Shown here: piece after piece, positions 8,704 to 15,872 of the stretch
Layout: each line of letters starts with the position of its first letter
Numbering within the stretch: the stretch's first letter is position 1
Assembly: GCA_964636085.1 (NCBI GenBank)
Contig: CAZWPQ010000044.1
Span: 1 to 15,872 of the forward strand
Source of the DNA: an uncultured Nitrososphaerota archaeon
GTDB taxonomy: Archaea; Asgardarchaeota; Njordarchaeia; Njordarchaeales; Panguiarchaeaceae
Reading direction: 5' to 3'
Length of the DNA stretch: 15,872 nt
Program-made: the position numbers and the translations under genes
The notes under the pieces: model-generated
What the model was told of the DNA's origin: nothing
The model's input: the letters and a program-made list of their open reading frames with translations, nothing else
Databases searched by the model: none

Positions 8704-8936
8704 CTGTATGCGCCAACATTAGCCTGTGCATTATCTGGCTGGTAGGGTGCTGGGAAACTCATTAGCCAGATAAATAGTGTTACATTATACTATTAATATT
8801 GTTATTTTAAACACGTAATAGACTATGTGGAGTATAAGTGCACGCCTGTTTTGTTTCGATGCAACAAATAGTTATGGCATAACTACATGGTAGCTAGGCA
8901 CAAAATAACGCCATTTTCGATTTATCGTTCATATCT

Positions 8937-9656
8937 TTATTGCTCGGAATTGTAGTTATCCTTGTTGAGACCTAGTTTTTCTCTGATCACGTGTATGGGC
9001 TCTTTCAATATTATCACAAGATTGCAATTTACCCTATCGTCTCTTTTTGTCTTCTCCAATAGCTCTATACTTTTATATTCTACTCCTAGGGATTCTAGAA
9101 CACCCGCAATATGTCCTCTAAGGAACTCACATGCAAGATCCATACTCGACATTATTGTCTTTGCATTATGGATTTCTAGATATAGTAATCTATCAGTCAT
9201 ACTAAACCTCCTGATTCTAAACTCTATATGAGAGGTCACTGTTGGTATTAAGACATCAGTTATCTCCTCAAGCTCTAGCTGAATTCTCAATATTGTCTCT
9301 CGGACAATGTTATATATATGCCCTATGAATTCTCTAGATACGGATTTAGATAGTTCAAATACCCGTTCTTTATCGAACCCGAATTTTTCGGACAAAACAT
9401 GGATCAGCGAATCTAGATACAGACCGGAAAAGTCATATCTAATACAGTTATAGATACTTGTTGGGAAAATGAGTGTATAGTTTCCGATTTTTCTAGAAAC
9501 AACAAATCCTAGTCTCTCTAAAAACCTAACATATTTTCTAACAGTAGCTCTGTGATGCCCAGTCCTTCTAATTAGTTCCTCAAATGTTATCCCAAAAACA
9601 GACTTCCTCACAACGTTCAGTATTCTCTCAAGAATCCTTCTTCGCCTCGCCATCAT
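8937..9656 (-). CDS. Winged-HTH transcriptional regulator with C-terminal V4R-like ligand-binding domain
   Basis: N-terminal GITFEELIRRTGHHRATVRKYVRFLERLGFVVSRKIG is a wHTH. C-terminal LACEFLRGHIAGVLESLG...NCNLVI resembles the V4R C-x3-4-G-x3-G...C pattern. Confidence 0.8.
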   Translation of the reverse strand: MMARRRRILERILNVVRKSVFGITFEELIRRTGHHRATVRKYVRFLERLGFVVSRKIGNYTLIFPTSIYNCIRYDFSGLYLDSLIHVLSEKFGFDKERVFELSKSVSREFIGHIYNIVRETILRIQLELEEITDVLIPTVTSHIEFRIRRFSMTDRLLYLEIHNAKTIMSSMDLACEFLRGHIAGVLESLGVEYKSIELLEKTKRDDRVNCNLVIILKEPIHVIREKLGLNKDNYNSEQ

Positions 9657-9682
9657 AGAGCCCTATAATATACTATAGCTCG

Positions 9683-9697
9683 ATAAAAAAGAAAAGA
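9683..9697 (-). terminator. Oligo-T tract after the MMPL stop; may double as the TATA element of the downstream regulator
   Basis: Minus strand reads TCTTTTCTTTTTTAT directly after the TAA, ending about 27 nt before ATG 9656. Confidence 0.4.
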
Positions 9698-12676
9698 TTA
9701 TCTTTTTCTAGGCCACCAATTCCATTTTCCAGCAATCATCATAATTGCTGGTACAAGTATTATTCTTATTATGAACGCGTCGATTAATACTCCTAGCATC
9801 AAGGTTAGACCTATCTGTCTTGTAGGCGGGCTAAGTGTCAATAATAGTGAACCAAAGGCAGCAGCCATAATGATTCCTGCTATTGATATGATCTTACCTG
9901 TAGAGACAACAGCCTCAACTATGGCCTGTTTGTCTGATAGACCCTTTTCGAATCTTTCCTCCTCGATGCGCGTCATGAGGAATATGTCATAGTCCATACC
10001 AAGTCCATTCAACACTGTAAACATGAATAGTGGTATGAACCATACCAGTTGGAGGGAAGCAAATACATCCCATATTAGCATGCTTAGTGCTATTGCCCAT
10101 ATAATGCTCATTAGTATTGTGATTTCTAGTCTTATTGGGATAAGTATGGAACGAAGAGCAATGAATAATAGTGCTATTATGCCTGCCACTACTATGACCG
10201 TTAGAAATCGAAAGTCATTATTGACTATATCAGAAATATCTTTATAGCTCGCTGAAAGGCCTCCAACAAGGAACGTAACATTTGTGTCAGACTCCTCGCT
10301 GATTTTCTTCAGTTCACTTCTTATTTTTTCTACAATATCAAATGCTTCTCTAGTATAGGGTGCAGGCTCTATATAGGCCACAAATTTTACAATTGAGCCA
10401 TTTCTAGAAATAAATCCTCTTGCTGTAGCTAGAGTTATCTGATCCTCTAAAGTTGTAACGTTTTCGCTCTCGGGTATCGGTACCCCAAGGGGCTTATATG
10501 GACTACATACATATTTCACCCCTTCGATGCTCTCTAATTTTTCTGTTATTGGTTTTATATATAGCCGTACTAGTTCAACATCTATTGTCCCATCAGGCTT
10601 AATAAAGCTTATGTCCTCATATATCGCGACTATATCTGTTGTCGCAAATACCTCTGATCCGATCTCACTCTGCATTATGTCGAATCCAGTTCTAGATGAT
10701 GTTCCTTCCCTTGTAAGCTTCATAAAGTCATAGGTTGTGCCGAAATGATAATATGCATAAATGGCAGGCACCGTAACTAACATTGCCATTATGATTATTA
10801 CTCCTGAATGCTTTATAGTCCATTCACTTAGCCGTCTTAATGCCTTTTCATACCGTCCCTCCTTATATTCTGCCTCAGCACTTTCATCCTCTTCAGTAGT
10901 TGTTAGTCTCGAGGGCCAAAATATTTTATCCCCAAATATTGCAAGTACACTTGGGGTCAAGGTTAGTGCGACAAGTAGTGTTATTCCAACTCCAGTCATT
11001 ATGCCTAGACCAACATGTCCAAGGAACTTAAAGCTACTCAGCATGAGGGACCCAAACGCTATCATTACGGTTCCACCGCTCAGAAGGACGCTCTTCCCTG
11101 CATGCTTAACGACACTAACTATCGCTTCTTCCTTAGATTTTCCTCTTTTTCTATCCTCTGCATATCTGGAGATTAGGAATATTGTATAGTCTACTCCAGC
11201 ACCAATAACTACGGTGCTCATCAATGCTATCGTTATATCACTAATATATAGACCAATAGCCATCGATAATATTAGTAGTACTGCCCTAGCAATTATTATT
11301 GTGAGACCCATCAGTAATAGGGGCATCATCGCTACGGGGACTCCTCTATATATTATGAATAGAAGTATTAGTGTCAAGGAGAATGTTATGATGTCTATTC
11401 TCCTTATATCCTTCTCCGCATTTACGGTATTATCGACTCGGAATGGCAGTATCCCCGTTGTTATTATCTCAATCTTGTCATTTTCTTTCGAATCAAGATA
11501 TCCTCTTAGTTCAGATAGATAGGGCTCTATATCATAATCACTCATATTCCTGATGTCTGGCCTAACACTAACAATCATCAATAGTGTATCATTGTCACTA
11601 GATACGAGCATCCCCCGGAAGAACAAATATACATTTATAGGAAAGCCTCCGGGAGCCTTCATCTCATGAATTATATTCCAGTAATATGCCATGTATAACG
11701 TATCATTGTATGGTAATCTCCCATAGTATATGTCGTTTATAAACTGTATCTCATATGGATTGCTCAGATTCAAATTATATATTCCCGATAAATATCCCAA
11801 TGCGAACTGATAAACAGCATTGGCATCATTCCAGGTTGTATAGTTAAACGATTGAGCGATCGTATTTATAAACTCTCCCATATTGGGTTCTAGAGCACTC
11901 GCGGCGACCACACTTGTTGCTGATCTTGTTATATTTGTAATGGCATAATCAATGTTAGAGTTTGGTGGTAGCGTCGCATTTAGTGTTTCATTATTCCTCC
12001 TAAACATCCATATCTGTGTAAATGTTTGAACATACCCAAACATTAATGATCTTAGATCCTCCGTTGAGATGTATCCCATTAGCATATATCCATAGGTGTC
12101 CACAATTTCTTGATATAATTGATCGCATTGGTTATACATTGTCTCGTTTGCAATTTGATCAGCCAGAGATATATTGGTTGTTGAGGTATATGTGGATTCC
12201 CATGCAGAACCGAATGCATAGGATAGCCCCCAGAGAATAGATATTGTCATATTTGTCATGAGAATCGGCATCCTGTACATAAGTATTGTAGCTTTGAGCA
12301 GACTATCCGTGGATGTGAAGAAATCCATAACATATATAGCCACAGAACCATTCTCGTCATACCAATCAAAGTACATCCAGTTCATTATATCTTGGGACAA
12401 CAGATATATTCCCTCATTTAATAGACTACTATTGTCTTTGGAGTGGAAAACTATTATTATGTCTGGCGTTGTATTTGTGCCGAACTCGCTCTCAACAATG
12501 TTGTCGGCTTCAATAGACTCCACGCCTTTAGGTAGAAAGACCTCCTCTCTAGTAGTCATCTCTTGTAATATTTTTTGGGAGAATGGAATCAATGCGAGAC
12601 CAACAACAATGTAGGCCAACAGGATATACCGCGAGAATTTCATCACAAGTTTTGAAAAGCTCTCAGCCTTACCCAT
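9698..12676 (-). CDS. MMPL family (RND superfamily) transporter
   Basis: About 990 aa in two 1+5 TM halves with paired DY motifs GAGVDYTIFLISRY and GLGMDYDIFLMTRI, plus GKSVLLSGGTV, GKIISIAGIIMAAAF and LVPAIM..GKWNWWP. ATG 12676 has GGTGA just upstream; the ORF track uses TTG 12697. Confidence 0.95.
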   Translation of the reverse strand: MGKAESFSKLVMKFSRYILLAYIVVGLALIPFSQKILQEMTTREEVFLPKGVESIEADNIVESEFGTNTTPDIIIVFHSKDNSSLLNEGIYLLSQDIMNWMYFDWYDENGSVAIYVMDFFTSTDSLLKATILMYRMPILMTNMTISILWGLSYAFGSAWESTYTSTTNISLADQIANETMYNQCDQLYQEIVDTYGYMLMGYISTEDLRSLMFGYVQTFTQIWMFRRNNETLNATLPPNSNIDYAITNITRSATSVVAASALEPNMGEFINTIAQSFNYTTWNDANAVYQFALGYLSGIYNLNLSNPYEIQFINDIYYGRLPYNDTLYMAYYWNIIHEMKAPGGFPINVYLFFRGMLVSSDNDTLLMIVSVRPDIRNMSDYDIEPYLSELRGYLDSKENDKIEIITTGILPFRVDNTVNAEKDIRRIDIITFSLTLILLFIIYRGVPVAMMPLLLMGLTIIIARAVLLILSMAIGLYISDITIALMSTVVIGAGVDYTIFLISRYAEDRKRGKSKEEAIVSVVKHAGKSVLLSGGTVMIAFGSLMLSSFKFLGHVGLGIMTGVGITLLVALTLTPSVLAIFGDKIFWPSRLTTTEEDESAEAEYKEGRYEKALRRLSEWTIKHSGVIIIMAMLVTVPAIYAYYHFGTTYDFMKLTREGTSSRTGFDIMQSEIGSEVFATTDIVAIYEDISFIKPDGTIDVELVRLYIKPITEKLESIEGVKYVCSPYKPLGVPIPESENVTTLEDQITLATARGFISRNGSIVKFVAYIEPAPYTREAFDIVEKIRSELKKISEESDTNVTFLVGGLSASYKDISDIVNNDFRFLTVIVVAGIIALLFIALRSILIPIRLEITILMSIIWAIALSMLIWDVFASLQLVWFIPLFMFTVLNGLGMDYDIFLMTRIEEERFEKGLSDKQAIVEAVVSTGKIISIAGIIMAAAFGSLLLTLSPPTRQIGLTLMLGVLIDAFIIRIILVPAIMMIAGKWNWWPRKR

Positions 12677-12898
12677 CAAATCACCACTTATATCCAAAGA
12701 TTGCTACTTAAGTGTAAATTAATATACATTTCACGATTTAAATATGCATAGTATATAACAAAAGTGAGGGATCGCATCTTTATTAACAATCTAACTAAAA
12801 AAGGGTAAAATTCTTGATGAGAATTCCCAGTATCCTATTATTTTATTGCAAAATATCTAGTCCTAGGATTCTGTCTCATTATCTCTTTAGTTTAATTA

Positions 12899-13861
12899 TT
12901 ATTTATACTCTGTGCGTTGAGAATTAATGCATTGGCCTTCCTTGGCTACAGCTTTTTTCATCCATGTGATTTTTTCCACAGTGTCTAGGCTCATGGCTTC
13001 TTTGTATGGAATTGCTGTTAGTACCTTAGATAGGCCGAGGTAGTGTATTATTCCAGATATTCTCCTTAGTATTGTATGCCTATCTACTTCGTAGCCACAC
13101 CAGGCCCATGCCACGCTGGGTATATCTCTAGATTTTCTAATTCCAATGATTATATTGGGATCCATTGTGGTTTCCTTAAAGAAGAAGTGCTGTATGTCTA
13201 GTTTTTTGAGGGTTGAGTATTGCTTTATGAATTCGAAGAGTAGCATTCTTGTCCCATGGAACCTCCCTATTACTGGGTCATACTCGTTTTCTAATATCTC
13301 CTTTATTGCTTTTTCCTTACTTATAGCTTTGACTTGTGCGTCGAATTGTTGTGGGTAAACATAGATGCTTGACCATCTCTCATCGATCCTAAAACCGACT
13401 TTCTTGTAGAACTCGATGCTTTGTTCCTCGGCAGCCACTAATATTATATCCATTTTGTTTTCTCTTGCATATTTCTCTGCTGCCTTGATAAGTTTTCTTC
13501 CTATTCCTTTTCTTCGATAGTTTCTGTGTACCATGAGCACACTTATATATGCATATTCTCCATGTTTCCTATCCTTATCGATGATGACTTCTATATGACC
13601 AATAACCCTTCCATTTAACTCAGCAACAAATATCTCGCCACCATACTCCCTAAAGAGTTTTATATGCTCAGCGCAAGAATACTGATGCATCCATACGCCA
13701 CCAAATCTATAGAGGATCTCTGGCCTATCCATCTTGCCTTTAATAAGATTTTTGACGAGGGGATTATCACTTCTATATATAGACGCTATCTGAACAGCAT
13801 CCGAAATTTTTGCTTTTCTTATCCTGATATACATACTAGATACCATGCTCATTCTATACAT
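12899..13861 (-). CDS. GNAT family N-acetyltransferase with C-terminal extension
   Basis: IRKAKISD, IFVAELNGRVIG, acetyl-CoA motif A VHRNYRRKGIGRKLI and FYKKVGF. The true start may be one of the downstream Met codons. Confidence 0.88.
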   Translation of the reverse strand: MYRMSMVSSMYIRIRKAKISDAVQIASIYRSDNPLVKNLIKGKMDRPEILYRFGGVWMHQYSCAEHIKLFREYGGEIFVAELNGRVIGHIEVIIDKDRKHGEYAYISVLMVHRNYRRKGIGRKLIKAAEKYARENKMDIILVAAEEQSIEFYKKVGFRIDERWSSIYVYPQQFDAQVKAISKEKAIKEILENEYDPVIGRFHGTRMLLFEFIKQYSTLKKLDIQHFFFKETTMDPNIIIGIRKSRDIPSVAWAWCGYEVDRHTILRRISGIIHYLGLSKVLTAIPYKEAMSLDTVEKITWMKKAVAKEGQCINSQRTEYK

Positions 13862-14083
13862 TTAATAATATTATCGTCCGTTTCGTATTTCATCGGCCAC
13901 AGGTATCGGTTTCACAGGCTGTGGATACCATGCATTATATATGTTAATTCGTAATAGATTATGTTGGAATGGGAGTATGGCTAAATAGTATGGTTCTAGT
14001 CATTCATGTTTGATTAATAGTTCTATATCTATAATAATAAAGGATTTTTATAATTCTAATTGATTTAATAGGTGTATACTCTT

Positions 14084-14866
14084 ATGTCTACGGAAGAGGA
14101 AATTGATGAGATGTTATTTAATTTTGTTTCATTCTTGATGCGCTCAGTCGGAAGTAGCGTGCCAGATGAAGTATTAAATGAGCTTATAAGGAGGTTCAGA
14201 AAGATTGGAGAAACTCTGAAAAACCAGATAATACAGTTAAAAAACAATGTGGGGGCTCTACTCAAGGATAATGAAATGTTGAGATCAGAACTGCAGAAGA
14301 CGAAAGAGGAGTTAGATAAGGTGAAAGGAAGGCTTAGCCAAATTGAGGAAGTATATAGTACACTCCAAGGGGAGAATGAAAAGCTAAAACGAGAAATTGA
14401 AAACATAAGGAAGGAAAAAGCCGCGCTTGAAGACGAAGTAGAAAATCTGAGAAGAGAGCTCGATGAAGCCGTTGAGAAAAGGAAGGAGGTTAAATTAGAA
14501 TTGGAGAGTGTAAAAGATGAGAAGGAAGCTCTAAACAAGGAGCTAGGTGAGATCAAATCCAGATTCGACGAGGTACTAAAGAGGAAAGAGGAGATGGAAG
14601 CAATACTAGAGGATATTGAGACGCTTATAAGGCGTGCATCAAGTAGAGCTCGGGATGATCTTGTAGCGGACATTACAAAAATAAGTGATCAAATTAGAAA
14701 CACGATCTACGAGCTCAAAACAATGCTTAAAGCCCAAGCTAGAGCTCGCCTAGAAAAAATAAATGCCATGGTTAATATGATCTTGAGTAAAGTAAGGACA
14801 AAAGATTTTGGCTCAGCAATAATAAGAGCCCTAAAAGAACAAAGCAAAAAACAGACCACCCAATAA
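14084..14866 (+). CDS. Long coiled-coil protein of unknown function
   Basis: E/K/L-rich with a long heptad pattern. ATG 14084 is preceded by AGGTG (14070-14074) and TTTTTATA (14045-14052); the ORF track uses GTG 14072. Confidence 0.85.
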   Translation: MSTEEEIDEMLFNFVSFLMRSVGSSVPDEVLNELIRRFRKIGETLKNQIIQLKNNVGALLKDNEMLRSELQKTKEELDKVKGRLSQIEEVYSTLQGENEKLKREIENIRKEKAALEDEVENLRRELDEAVEKRKEVKLELESVKDEKEALNKELGEIKSRFDEVLKRKEEMEAILEDIETLIRRASSRARDDLVADITKISDQIRNTIYELKTMLKAQARARLEKINAMVNMILSKVRTKDFGSAIIRALKEQSKKQTTQ

Positions 14867-14980
14867 TTTAAAACAATATTGTCTTTGTAGAATAGGAATG
14901 TAGAGGCCGAATTAACATATGCATTATTTATCTGCGCGAAGATATAAAACTTAAACAATCGCTAGGATCCTAAACACAGT

Positions 14981-15000
14981 AAAAAAAAGAGAAATAAAAA
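14981..15000 (-). terminator. Oligo-T terminator candidate after the Ig-domain gene
   Basis: Minus strand TTTTTATTTCTCTTTTTTTT starts 8 nt after the TAG at 15009. Confidence 0.45.
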
Positions 15001-15008
15001 GTATAGTA

Positions 15009-15696
15009 CTATCTCTTTCTCCGCAATAACCACACAGCAAAACCAACGGCCAAAACTGATACGGCAAACAAAACAATCCATAGGATAGAGAATGCCGAGA
15101 AAGCAGAAGCACCAGAAGTCTCGGTTGTGGATGTTGAAGTTATCGTCACAAAAACATAGTCAAAACCTATATTGCATGCATTATCTACAGCAACAACAGT
15201 AATATTATGGGTCCCCTCACTAAGGGATAAAGCATATGTTTCTTGGCTAGCGGGAATGTAGGAACATTCACATGTGCCGTCTACAAATAATTCGAAGTGA
15301 TCAACACCAGAGATAGTATCGTTAGCAGTCCACTCCACAACAATTTCAGTACCCAATGTAGTATCGTTCTCTGGCGATACTATATCCACTATTGGGGGTG
15401 TTAGATCTATCGTTATGAATATCTTATCAACATCCGTATTCCCTACTATGTCCACAACTATAACCGTAATATTGTGAGTTCCCTCCCGCAATGTGACTGT
15501 ATATTCTGTTATCTCTGCAGGGATGTTAGTATCAATGGGTTCGCCATCAATGTAGAGCTCATAGTGGTCTATGTCGTTGTCTATATCGATTGCATACCAT
15601 TTTATTGTTACTGTCGCTGTATTTAGTACTGCTCGGTTTTGTGGCTTTGTTATTACTATATCTAACGATTCTAAAACAATTTGTTTATAACACAAA
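15009..15696 (-). CDS. Membrane-anchored surface protein, C-terminal part: two Ig-like domains, Thr-rich linker, TM helix, basic tail; probably truncated by the adjacent IS
   Basis: Two homologous units (IVITKPQN...W...IDHYELYIDG...LREGTHNITVIVVDIVGN and VDIVSPEN...W...VDHFELFVDG...LSEGTHNITVVAVDNACN), then TSTSTTETS, a hydrophobic helix and RRKR. No signal peptide; the frame continues upstream into the transposase. Confidence 0.8.
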
Positions 15697-15872
15697 CGCT
15701 CTTGCATCTTTTTAGGTGACCGACTCTGAACGAATATGCTATCAATAATGTCCAAGAATGCCTCCCTCGGACCCCAAACACATCGATTAACCCAGAAAGT
15801 GGCAGCTCCACAATACTCATCAAGACAAGACTTAGATACCCCTCTTTTACCAAGAAGAAACTCCTTAAGACG
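15697..15872 (-). mobile_element. End of an IS1595-family (ISH4 group) insertion sequence with the C-terminus of its transposase (partial, runs off the window)
   Basis: The minus frame is open from 15872 and reads RLKEFLLGKRGVSKSCLDEYCGAATFWVNRCVWGPREAFLDII, resembling the ISXO2/ISH4-type C-terminal RGVSKxxLxxY motif. The plus strand at 15697 reads CGCTCTT, the recalled ISH4-group terminal sequence, at the position expected for the downstream inverted repeat. Confidence 0.75.

Noticed and set aside
8755-8830. Minus-strand GCTAATGA resembling the 3' motif of a fluoride riboswitch
   Set aside because: The 5' GGnGAUG...CC stem and the terminal CUAC context are missing.
9771-12614. Several plus-strand ORFs of 68-142 aa opposite the MMPL gene; similar shadows lie inside other genes
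   Set aside because: Antisense or off-frame shadows of well-supported genes with no recognisable motifs.
14065-14673. 202-aa Ser/Phe-rich antisense ORF
   Set aside because: It mirrors the GAA/AAG-rich codons of the coiled-coil gene and has no independent features.
15671-15853. 60-aa minus-strand ORF suggesting a frameshifted N-terminus of the Ig protein
   Set aside because: The Ig frame is already open to the window edge and carries the transposase-like motif, so this ORF is an alternative-frame shadow.

Overview
AT-rich archaeal-type window (GGTG/GGTGA ribosome-binding sites, TATA-like boxes, oligo-T terminators, many N-glycosylation sequons). An Asgard-like origin is inferred from a longin-like domain and an HTH-V4R protein; no marker gene is present to confirm it. 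Gene order: (1) an 1860-aa surface protein with a signal peptide, a ~500-aa beta-rich head, 43 DxDxDGLxDxxE Ca-binding repeats, one TM helix and a cytoplasmic longin-like domain; (2) a metal-dependent amidohydrolase/deaminase; (3) DUF167; (4) an HhH-GPD [4Fe-4S] glycosylase; (5) a small Zn-ribbon protein; (6) an HTH-V4R-like regulator just downstream of (7) an MMPL/RND transporter; (8) a GNAT acetyltransferase; (9) a long coiled-coil protein; (10) the C-terminal part of a two-Ig-domain membrane-anchored protein. At the right edge, not resolved by the ORF track, is one end of an IS1595-family (ISH4-group) element whose transposase reads in frame, without a stop, into the Ig/TM sequence. The best candidates for novelty are the receptor-like Ca-repeat/TM/longin protein, the K-turn-like hairpin directly before its start, and the transposase-Ig-TM read-through. 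All family calls come from motif recognition by eye, not database searches.
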